This document shows positions 24,688 to 35,526 of a stretch of DNA of 64,000 nucleotides, in pieces. Source of the stretch: Pavona decussata (lineage: Eukaryota); assembly GCA_977016875.1 (NCBI GenBank), contig CDRNST010000056.1, positions 1,178,001 to 1,242,000 of the forward strand, given 5' to 3'. The translations under genes and the position numbers were made by a program. How positions within the stretch are numbered: the stretch's first letter is position 1; every line of letters starts with the position of its first letter. The notes under the pieces are model-generated. The model ran no database searches, was not told where the DNA came from, and saw nothing but the letters and a program-made list of their open reading frames with translations.

Positions 24688-26937
24688 CTATTCAAAAATC
24701 TGGACCTGATAGTTATTGAGGTCGGATACAACTATCCTTCCATCACTAAGGACCGCTATGGAGATTGGACAGTTAAACTTTCCTCTCCAGCTGCCTCCTG
24801 ATCTAAATTTTGTCACAAACTTTCCGCTTAGCTCGAAAACCTGAATCCTGTAATTCATTTTATCACAGACCATCAGCTGTCCGGCTTTGTTTACTAACAA
24901 GCAACGCGGTTCATTGAACTCCCCGTCTCGAGCCCCCTTCGTTCCAAAGCTGTGCATAAAATTTCCCTCCCCGTCAAAAATTTTTATGGAATGATCACCA
25001 TTGTCTGAAACTATAAAGAAGGTCCCATATTGAATACAGTGCATTGGGTGTAGCAGAAAGCCCATTGTGTCAATTTTACGAACACATTGGCCACTATGCG
25101 AAAATATTTTAATTAATTCGTTTCCTGAATCAGCGACAATGATTTTGCCATCACTGTCAATAGATAAACCATAAGGGGCCCTTAATTGATGATCGAGACT
25201 TCCTTCTCCTCCAAACTGCCCAAGGTATTCACCCTGGCTACTAAAAAGTTGAACTCGGTGGTTAAGAGTGTCCGCCACTATAATGTTATCGTTATGAAAA
25301 GCTATCCCACGAGGATGGCTAAACTCTCCCTGTCGATGACCTTTTCTACCAAAAGATCTTAAGTGGGTTCCATTACTACTAAATACCTCGATCCTATGGT
25401 TGTAAGTATCAGTCATTGCAATCTCATTTTTTTCATTCACCGCTACTCCCCATGGCTTGCGAAATGTTCCAGTAAGCCAGCCTTTCTGTCCAAAAGATAG
25501 CACGGGTCTGAACTGTCTGGGTTTGACTTGAACCTCAAAAGGACTGCCACGAACATGCTCTCCATTTACCTTCACTGATGCCTGACATGTTCCGGTTTCT
25601 TTGGCAAAGTAGCTGATCTTGTAAGTGCCATCTTTGTTATTTTGGACTTGTGCTTTAGCTGCTTTGGTTGCACAGTCATGGCCTTGACGATTTCTGATTT
25701 CCACTGTTACGCAGTCACGCTCTTCGTAGCATTGTTCTCCTTGAACGTTTCTTGTTGTCGCAACAATTTGTGCTTCAAGTCCGACAGTCACTTCGCTGAT
25801 TCCTTTTTGACTGGCACACGATTGATCCGCTTTGGTTTGGCTAAGACAAGTTCTGAAAGTTCCGATTCCTTCAGAGTATGTTTTTTGCATCAATGCTCCG
25901 TTTTCGATGAAACTTAAGTGACGAAGGCCTTGAATGTCACTATCGAGTTGCTCTTCGGCTTCATCAACGATTCCTTCCGGAAAAGATATGTCTGAACGTA
26001 AAATATCAATGTTCGTGCTTCGTTTCAACAAGGTTTTCTTTTTTTCGATACCTTCCTCAATCGCTTTTGCTTGATCTTCTTCTTCGCGCTGTTTAATTTC
26101 CAGACGCTCCAGTAATTCATTCCCTTTGTTTTCTAACGCAAGAATTATCTCGTTTTTGTGCGTTTCAATGGCTGTGATCATTTTGTTTGCAAACTGTTGT
26201 GCATTTTGTTTCTCACTATCTAGTTGTGCTTTAATGCTGACACAGTCATCTTGTAGCTTAATGATTTTGTTTATCTTCTGAAGCAATATTTGCTCCTCAA
26301 TTTCGATCGCAGACACAACTTGCATTCTCCTGTCTTTCGCTCCTTCGTCCACAACTATCTTTGGGTGAGCTTCGTGAAGTGTTGCACTACATGAATAGCA
26401 AATGGCAACTTCGCAGCTCATACAAAAGAACTCTAATTCTTTCTTCTCGTGGCCTACCCTTCCACAAAACGTCGGCCTCTTTAAAATGTTCTCAAAGTCT
26501 TGATCTTGAAAGTCTTTCAAGGCCAGTGCGTGGTGTTCTTTATTGGCTTTCATGCCATTATGCAGACTGATGCAGTCATCACACCAGAAGGAGCAACACT
26601 GGAAGCAGTAACAGCTTTGCTCGCTTCTTTTGTCGCAATTTCCGCACTTGACGCCGCTTGTATCGCACTCTTTGATGGCCAACACATCCAACAAACTGTT
26701 TATGCGGAAGTTTGTGGGCAGAGAGTTAAGATCACCGTCTCCAGGGATCCTGAAGTTCTTCCTACACTCTGGACATGAAATGGTTTCTCGAATTCCGCTC
26801 GTTTGTTGAATCCTTTGCAGACAGTGAAGGCAAAAGCTGTGCAAACATGGCAGCTGCTTTGGATCAGTGAACTTGGTCATACACACAGAACAGGATACTT
26901 CCTCATGAAGATTGTGCAACAAGGTTTTAATATCCAT
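24688..26937 (-). CDS. TRIM-NHL paralogue G3 (749 aa from MDIKT), probable G5/G4 chimera
   Basis: Intact RING-B-B-CC-filamin-NHL ORF; ATG 26937 aligns with the other paralogues. Confidence 0.95.
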   Translation of the reverse strand: MDIKTLLHNLHEEVSCSVCMTKFTDPKQLPCLHSFCLHCLQRIQQTSGIRETISCPECRKNFRIPGDGDLNSLPTNFRINSLLDVLAIKECDTSGVKCGNCDKRSEQSCYCFQCCSFWCDDCISLHNGMKANKEHHALALKDFQDQDFENILKRPTFCGRVGHEKKELEFFCMSCEVAICYSCSATLHEAHPKIVVDEGAKDRRMQVVSAIEIEEQILLQKINKIIKLQDDCVSIKAQLDSEKQNAQQFANKMITAIETHKNEIILALENKGNELLERLEIKQREEEDQAKAIEEGIEKKKTLLKRSTNIDILRSDISFPEGIVDEAEEQLDSDIQGLRHLSFIENGALMQKTYSEGIGTFRTCLSQTKADQSCASQKGISEVTVGLEAQIVATTRNVQGEQCYEERDCVTVEIRNRQGHDCATKAAKAQVQNNKDGTYKISYFAKETGTCQASVKVNGEHVRGSPFEVQVKPRQFRPVLSFGQKGWLTGTFRKPWGVAVNEKNEIAMTDTYNHRIEVFSSNGTHLRSFGRKGHRQGEFSHPRGIAFHNDNIIVADTLNHRVQLFSSQGEYLGQFGGEGSLDHQLRAPYGLSIDSDGKIIVADSGNELIKIFSHSGQCVRKIDTMGFLLHPMHCIQYGTFFIVSDNGDHSIKIFDGEGNFMHSFGTKGARDGEFNEPRCLLVNKAGQLMVCDKMNYRIQVFELSGKFVTKFRSGGSWRGKFNCPISIAVLSDGRIVVSDLNNYQVQIFE

Positions 26938-27260
26938 GATTGATGTAGAAGAAAAAGCCTTTGGAGTTGAACACACCTTGAAACAACTGAAGTCTAAGTC
27001 ATGAGAACCGTGACCTTACTCCGAAATGCTGAAAATATCTGCCAATCAGAAAGCGCTTTTTGAGGTGTTTTGATTTTTGATGACAAGTGTTGCGAAACTA
27101 CTGTATCCAACATTTCTAAGAATTGTTTGGGATATTTTCACCTCCGGAAGTACTGTCATAGAGTGTTCAGATATTTTCAGAACAAACAGCTTGGTGAAAT
27201 GTTCCTTGTATTATATTGCCAAATGTCTGCGGTACGTAAATCATAGCTGGTATTTATGCT

Positions 27261-28244
27261 TATTTTTCAGTTGGCTCGGTTTCCTTTGTTCTTTTCGGTT
27301 GAATATATTCAATAGCCCCTGTTAATTACAAACTGTCTGAAAAGCTGGGTGCGGCTTTGGTTGTAAAAGGGGAGGGCGGGGCTAAAAACAATAGCTGATA
27401 ACAACGGACGAGGGGATTATGACGAGAGGGAGGGAAATATATATTCCCCCCCCCCCCCTCGCCATATACCGCTCGACTTATTCCCCTTATTTAGTAATCT
27501 CAAACATTTCAACGAGTTCTTAAGCGTTTATTATTAAAGCAAAAATGAACAACATAACTTTTACTACTACTACTACTAGTTATTCAATAACAGGCGCAAC
27601 AACAAACTCAAACTCATCTTCTTGTCGACTACTAGTTGGAAGGGAGGTTCTTTCATCGGCGACCACTCATTCCATACTCGTACTGTCCCACTGGTAGCTT
27701 TCTTTACATTTGCAGGAATACGACCACTAATCCGTTCAGCAACGGACAGTGTAAGAAGTTTTCGGTTAAAAAGACTTCATTTTCACAATCGCTCATCGTT
27801 GTTTCCACACGGAACGATAGCCGACTGTGCACTATTTCCAAAATGTAACAGCAGCCGCTCAACAACGTATAGTGTACTGAATGCAGTGATTATGCAAGAG
27901 TGACAAACATGTTTACCACGCATACCAGCAGACAAAAGCAATTGTTTATACAAATTGTTGTGTGAATAATCCAAAGTTCAGAAAACAGTTGAGAAAAACA
28001 TCTTTACGGCCGAAATCTCACTCCCTACTACTGCCATTAAAAAATGTTATGTATTAGACTTCCACCTGGTATAAAATAAGCATTTAATTATTTAAGGTCC
28101 TTGTTTCTATTAGGAATCCTCACCAACCGAAAAAATAAGCATGTTATTGACCTGTCCCTCGGGGATATGTGATATATTTCCCTCGTGGCGTGCCCGAGGG
28201 AAATATATCACATATCCCCTCGTTCAAGGCCAATAACCCTTACT
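27261..28244. mobile_element. ~1-kb insertion absent from the G5 upstream copy, ending in a ~95-bp hairpin
   Basis: G5 copy reads tatttatgc-taatcagtttt without it; arms ggggatatgtgatatatttccctcg / cgagggaaatatatcacatatcccc at ~28143-28238. Confidence 0.6.
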
Positions 28245-28609
28245 TATCAGTTTTGGAATTAGGACCATTTGGACCTGTCATGAGTGTGGTTTTGGACACG
28301 AATTGGAGCTTGTGTGTCAGCGAGCTGTTAGCTTGAGTGGTCCTACATGTGAGATGTTTTTTATATGACCTATGGGCAAGCTTATTCATGTCTTGCGAAA
28401 GCCCTTGTTATCGGTACAAATAAATACTACTTATCCAATCACCGAGTAAATATAGTATCTTTGACCCGTGATGTTAGATTTCTACGGATAATTGGTGTAG
28501 GAAAACATCTTGGATTTCTTAGAATTATGCTATAAATAGCTTGACGTATATCTTTTCAGTTTATCCAGTTTCATTCAAAGCCGATGAAATGAAACGCTAG
28601 TTGGCAAAG

Positions 28610-28805
28610 AAAGAACAGCCCCCAGGAAGAGCACGTGGTCACATTTCGTGCGACCTAAGAACACTGTCGACCCGGCTAAACAAGATGGCGTGGTTTACAG
28701 GTTTCCCTGTGAATGCAGTTAAGTCTACATTGGGGAGACAGGGAGATCTATGCACGAGCGAATCAAAGGGCACGACAGGGATATACACTCAATGTATAGC
28801 ACAGG
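28610..28805 (+). mobile_element. Internally deleted copy of the Penelope-like relic at 46345-47070
   Basis: Shared aagaacagcccccaggaagagc and caagatggcgtggtttacagg. Confidence 0.75.
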
Positions 28806-29175
28806 ATACAACAATTGGTTAGCAAAACGCTAACCAGTTTAATCAGCGATTTATCAAGCAGTGAGAAGCGAAAGCAAAACCCATGGCCAAATGCACGTGC
28901 GTATTCACCGCGCTTGACATCATTTACGGTATCTGCCTCATACTGTGAGTGGTTTATTGCAGTATCTGGTTTTACGACGCCCAATTGAAAAGCATTCTAG
29001 CGCTGTTCAATACTAAACCTCGGTTAAAAAAAAATGGGTGAAAATCGGTCATCGTAAATACATCCGGCTCCTTATCTAGTCGATCAATCGATGTCAATTA
29101 TTTATTTAGTGGTGCTGCGATCGATAATCACATTCTAATTGTAACAATTTTTATCGGTGTTCTTTTCAAAGCAGT

Positions 29176-29498
29176 GTGGAGGCGCCGTGGTGTCAGTAGT
29201 GGTTAGCGCGTCAAACTTTCAATCGGACAGTCGGAGTGTCGGTGTTTCGAGGCCAGGTTGGTCTCTTCATTGCTGTGCTGTTTCCGTACACAAGAAACTT
29301 TACTCCACATTGTCTCTATTCACCCCGGGGCATACTGGGTACCGCTGGCGGTAACCCTCCGATGGACTAGCATCCTATCTTGGGGGGAGTAACAATACTC
29401 CTAGTTTTTTCATGTCACAGCAACCGGCCGCGGGCTAAGCTCCGGCCGCGTGGGCCACTTATAATTAGGCGCGTAGTGCGACTTTACCTAACTTTTCT
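29176..29498 (+). mobile_element. tRNA-derived SINE (paralogue of 47309-47632)
   Basis: tRNA-like head gtggttagcgcg..ttcgagg, shared body acaagaaactttactccacattgtctct, tail gactttacct. Confidence 0.75.
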
Positions 29499-30620
29499 TC
29501 AAAGCAATTAGTGTTTAATCGTTGGTACCGATTTCGCTCCGATCCATATATCAATTTCCTCCAGTTCCCCTCAAACGCAGTGACCAATTTTCCAGTTGAA
29601 CCTTCCTCATAGCCCATTTGTCCCCAATGCAAAGCGCAGAATTCCAAGCAATTTCTTTGCTACCCTTCTATGTCCCACATCAAACCTATGAAGCTAGACT
29701 TGCTACAAGTCGACTTCTGAAGCCAAGTCAAGTAAACTGAGTGATGGCTTGGGACAAAATTAAAACAGGAGCAAGTTACGGCAAAAACGGATTTGAGAAG
29801 GAGGCCGCGGAGAAGGCGCAGTGATATTGTAGTGACACGCAGTGGTGTGGTCATTAACGTGTTAGACATGAGCATCAGCGGAAGGTTGGCGGTTCCACGA
29901 TTTTGCTATCGCTTTGTTTCGCGGATCCTCAGACAGTCAACTAAATGCTTCTTGTTACCTCTCTTCTCCCAGGTGTATAAATGGGTACCGGCTAATGACA
30001 TAATGCTGGGGTAATATAAGCCAGTGATGGGGTACCATCTTATCCTGTGGGTGGGGGTATAATTCTAGTTACTGAATGAGAAGGAAACCAAAATAAGTTT
30101 CGGCCTTGTACCACCTGTGGGTAGTGTGTGACCTACTAAAAGGCCGTTATAAACTTACAAATTAGCTAAATTACGACTAAGAGAAACTGAAGTCCGTTTT
30201 GTTGCTTTTATTCCACCATTTTGATCTCTATGCATTCGAATCTCAACTACACGTGTTAATTATTTCATAGCCTGCGAATAAATCCGTCTCTCAGGGCCGG
30301 ATGCGATGAATGGCGGCCGTACTCGCAAGCTAATTATTCCAGTCTTCTTAAAGAAGAAATAAAGAAGATAGTTAACTAACTAACTGTTGATTGCCGCACT
30401 ACTGAAATGTGTGTATTACTTTGGACATGCTTTCTATCCGAAAGTGCTAAGAGACGTATATATCTTTTAAGCGCTTAGAAACTTCCTTTACGCTCACACA
30501 GTGATAATGCAGATTTTTACGTAAAGTGGCTAAAAGAGATCACTCAAAAGGATCCACAAAGGATAAAAGGCTTAAGATTTATACCACCGAGCGTTTCAGT
30601 GCCTGATGACAACATCTTAA

Positions 30621-30996
30621 AGGGTCACTGCCACGACGATTGTGCTGTATTTTATCAAAACTGCTGAAATATTTGACAAAGAACCGTTCTGCTAGTTAAC
30701 ATGAAATTGATCCTAGAGCAGCGGCAAGAAAATATCAAGTGATATCTCCTGGAGAGAACAAACTATAATCATTTTTAGCGACTTCCCTACAATACACAGG
30801 AAGAACTTGAAGAATTTGGCCATTTTTTTCAAGTTACGATCCATTTCCATCATAGCCATCCACAGCCAAACATAATTAGTTTCTGTACCAGAAGGGCTAT
30901 TGTTAATTAAAATGAACCATTATTTTAATGATTCCATCGATTCAAATTAGGTCTTTGGCCATTGAAAGTGACACTTAAATAGGTTACATTGCCTCT
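30621..30996. mobile_element. TTAA-flanked MITE
   Basis: ttaa|agggtcactg...cattgcctct|ttaa; internal similarity to 15376-15759. Confidence 0.7.
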
Positions 30997-33900
30997 TTAA
31001 GTCAAGGGCGTGTGGTTTTAAGCCTGTCTACTGATTCAACAATCATTCCATGAACTCGTTATCATTATCATTATCCTTCGACCAATTTATGATGGCATCG
31101 ACTTAAGTTGGGCAATCGATAAAATGGAGTCGTATATAAACGGCTTGTTTCAATGAAATAAATAACATACTCAACATAAATAACATACAATAACATACTC
31201 AACCACAATATAAAATGGTAATGATTCACCGTAGAAAAATGAGGAAACTGGGCAAGAGAAAAAAGTGCTATTTTCTTATCTCTGTGTTTTACCGCGAAAA
31301 ACATCACGGGAAGCCCTGACGCTGACACACTTTAATTGCCTTATAGCACTAATGCAGGTGATAGAATTTCATTTGAAAAACCTTTCCTGTTGATAATTCG
31401 CGCACGCCTCGAGATTTGTAGTATATATATTTTATTTGAAAATGAAGCGAGACTAGTAATGTTAAATTTGGCCTCAAAATTTTTTTTTGGCAAAATAAAA
31501 ACGACTCTCGAAGGTATCCGGTAACCTAAAGATATTTTAACTTCTAAGTTATTGTTCTCATAAAAGATTGACTTCCGAAGTTTAGGCTGTCGTCATGATT
31601 CAGATCTTCAGTTCCAGAATTGATTGCTTTGTGAAATGCTTCTATTACAAGAGACTGCTCACTGTCTCCCTCTAAATAGTCGAGTGGGAAGAAGAAATAC
31701 CCTACTGGGGTGTTGTTTAGCTCACTCGCAGCTTTGTTTAAGCTTTCCCTTTTGAAACTCCACGATAGGACCATTTGTATTTGGAATTGGACCATGATTG
31801 AACCAGTCACTTGTCGTGATTTGACGTGTCCCAACTTGCAGCAGGTCAACTGAGTCAAAACATAATTTTTTTTGAAGTGTTTTCTTAGAAATGAAATGAG
31901 GTTACAACCTATTTCACAGGCAGGATTTTGGCATAAATGAACCACAATGTGCAAAGGTATCTTCTGACAACACCAACACTGATCAACCACAAGGTTATCA
32001 CATGTTTCAGTGACCCTCTGATATCTGTCGTTTTAGAATTATTTATTGCACAGGTATTTTGATTAGGCAAAGATCGGTTAGATTACGAACTGAAAATCGT
32101 GGAATATTCAGGAAATTTAGGATTCAAAAGCGAATTATACTCACCCTGATAACTCTGAATCACGCCATCTAAGCCGCATGCACGTGAAAAAGGCACTGTT
32201 GCTTTACTTCACACGGATTAAAAATAGTTTCACAACATGAAATAATTCCAGATCTGTCAACAACGCACATGCTGATAAGCGCCGATTGGTTTATTTGGAT
32301 TTCCTGTTTCCCATTTTGGTAGCTGTGATGATCAAATCTTTTGTTCTCTTAACGGATCCCACCTCCATCAGGTGAAATTTCAGACTGATTTCCCCGAGGT
32401 AAATTATATCTCGGGGGAAAATTCGTCACACTTGCAAATTCAGGTTTCTGGCGTGCGGAGTGTCATCAAGTGACCTTCCCCCCTGCCTCAATTGGAATGA
32501 ATGTATTAATTTTGTGCACCTCTTCCCTGTGCTACAATGATTATTGGCAAGACGACAAGGGTCATGAGAATGAGTATTGGCAAATCGTTAGGGGGAAGTA
32601 CAAACCCAAGGAGGGGAAGAGGGATGGAGGTGCTGTGGGAATGCAGTCCATTCTTCTCATTCTAGATGAACCGAAGCTACGGTCCTGATGTTTGATATGG
32701 CCAGCTCAATCCATTCCTGCCATACGAAGGCTGACCTCGCAGTAAAAGTGGCTGTCAACACTGGTTTTCATACCGGTCATCCAATGCCTCCTCCACAAAA
32801 GTAACACTTCATTGTCAACTAAATAAAAATAATACTTTACGTCAGGCTATTAAACATTTTCTTGTGCCTAATTCAATGTACATTTCATGTAATTTCTCCT
32901 CTTTGGCACAACCAATTTAATACAGAACGATATTTACCTGTAGATCGACTGTCGCGTACGCTCGCACACTTGGTACTTTGTGAGGGGCTCTATTGTCTCG
33001 CACTTCTCCCACGACACTCTCAGTTGTCGAAAGCAAATGCCCTATGCCGTGTCCCATAAGGCATTTTTGTTACAGCGCTTTTCCTGTCGCACTTTAAAAC
33101 TAAGTCTTGATTAGCTACAGCAAGCTTCTCAGTTGCCGAATAAATGAATGAAATCAATTATGGCTTCAAGCTCTTGCTTTAATTCAGTTTATTAATGCTG
33201 AAAATATTATGATATATTTGCACCTTTCTATGCTTTAATCCTCGCAAATGTAAGTGCAATTAACAAAGTTACTGTTACAAAATTTGTGTTAATGTTACGG
33301 AATTGATATACATTGCTGCTTACTAATTTAATTAAGGCTCTAACTCATTAATAAACAAGACTTCTGTCACAGAATTTCACTGACCCTTCGCGCTCTTTCA
33401 CTTTTACAGCCCAGAGTAGATTATGGAACACAATGCCAGCTATACTCCTCTAAAGGTTTTACAAAGTTACTTTGCCAACGCTACGATGAAATATACTATA
33501 AGATCATTTAAGTTTCTTGCGATAAAGATCTACTTTCTTTAGCTTATCTTTTTACGAGTAGTTTGGGAGGGCCTGAGTGAGTAGTCAAGCCTCAGTTGAT
33601 TAAATACCTTTTTTTTATCTAATAAAAACTTTCTTTCCGTGAACCAAACTGATATATTTATCAACTCATTGTCCAGTAAATTAAGACCAAAACAGTTTCG
33701 AAATCTATGGTAATAAAAAGACTTTCTGAGCGACAATACTTAGCTCCTTGAATTGTTCTCAGCAGAGATTCAATATCTCAGTCTGGGCACATATAAATCA
33801 CTTTTCAAGTGGTTTTAGTCTCAGAGAATCCGCTACAACAAAACTTTGCTGACCCTCTGCCTTCGAAAGCCTTTCCGGCAACACAATCGTCGAACAATGA

Positions 33901-35526
33901 GTTGAATAAAACTTCTAGTTTATCTCAAGTCTTTAAAGTGACCCAGCCTTTGATTCCTTTAACCCTTCATTCTTGACGATTTCACAAACTGGCTCCAGAA
34001 CATGAGTCACATTGTAGTCGATTAAGTTTACAGGACATTAACCCAAGAAGGCACTTTGGACGCTAGTCGATGGTTAAACGATGACTCGATTTCTGCTAAT
34101 CTAATTGATTGAAATTAACTGTTCAATGGAGAATTATTATTACATCCGGAAAATCTTCTAAAATAACAATGACCTAATAAACCTTTGATTGGAAAATGGA
34201 GCTTTCGACATATATCTCCACAATTATTGTAAATTCCCATTAAAACAGACTGTTAAAACAGTGGGAAAATGGAGTGTAAATAAATGGGCCACGTTTTGTC
34301 TTAACAATGGTGGAGACGTTTCTAAGGATTTTGAACCATGTTTGAAAACGCATAACTATGTTATTATCCCGCCATCCCACTAGATATAACCAGTAAAATT
34401 GACAGGGGTGCAAATCTTCACTTGATGTGATCTTTTATAGGATTGGTACCGTTGCAGATTTTGCAATCAGCCCAAGACACTCCAGCCCGCGGTATTCTGA
34501 CCAATACCACATTGTGAATACACTTTTATCACATCTATTCAAAAATCTGGACCTGATTGTTATTGAGGTCGGATACAACTATCCTTCCATCACTAAGGAC
34601 CGCTATGGAGATTGGACAGTTAAACTTTCCCCTGTTACTGCCTTTTGTTCCAAACTTTGTCACAAACTTTCCGCTCATCTCGAACACCTGAATCCTGTAA
34701 TTCATTTTATCACAGACCATCAGCTGTCCGGCTTTGTTTACTAACAAGCAACGAGGTTCATTGAACTCCCCGTCTGCAGCCCCCTTCGTTCCAAAGCTGT
34801 GCATAAAATTTCCCTCCCCGTCAAACATTTTTATGGAATGATCACCATTGTCTGAAACTATAAAGAAGGTCCCAAATTGAATACAGTGCATTGGGTGTAG
34901 CAGAAAGCCCCCTGTGCCAATTTTACGAACACATTGACCACTATGCGAAAAAATTTTAATTAATTCGTTGTCTGAATCAGCGACAATGATTTTGCCATCA
35001 CTGTCAATAGATAAACCATAAGGAGCCCTTAACTGATGATCGAGACTTCCTTCTCCTCCAAACTGTCCAAGGTATTCACCCTGGCTACTAAAGAGTTGAA
35101 CTCGGTGGTTAACACTGTCCGCCACTATAATGTTATCGTTATGAAAAGCTATCCCAGTGGGGTAGTTAAACTCTCCCTGTCGATGACCTTGCCTACCAAA
35201 AGATCTTAAGTGGTTTCCATTACTACTAAATACCTCGATCCTATGGTTATGAGTATCAGTCATTGCAATCTCATTTTTTTCATTAACTGCGACTCCGCAT
35301 GGCTTGCGAAGTATTCCAGTAAACCAACCTTTCTGTCCAAAAGATAACATTGGTCTGAACTGTCTGGGTTTGACTTGAACCTCAAAAGGACTGCCACGAA
35401 CATGCTCTCCATTTACCTTCACTGATGCCTGGCATGTTCCGGTTTCTTTGGCAAAGTAGCTGATCTTGTAAGTGCCATCTTTGTTATCTTGGACATGTGC
35501 TTTAGCTGCTTTGGTTGCACAGTCAT

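Larger units (their letters stand above)
26938..31281. repeat. Segmental duplicate of ~45699-49592 (upstream region of G5)
   Basis: First ~320 bp almost identical; collinear thereafter, sharing SINEs, a PLE relic and a TTAA MITE. Confidence 0.9.

Noticed and set aside
25642-26778. Recurrent antisense ORFs over the TRIM genes, similar between paralogues
   Set aside because: Shadow frames whose similarity follows from the sense-strand paralogy
26938-26976. N-terminal extension MCSTPKAFSSTSI of G3 (and of G5, 45699-45737)
   Set aside because: Starts at GTG; all paralogues align at the MDI(K/Q)T ATG
30590-30620. CTGATGA next to CGTTTC (also near 48925-48945)
   Set aside because: The two half-cores are on opposite strands and no stems close a hammerhead
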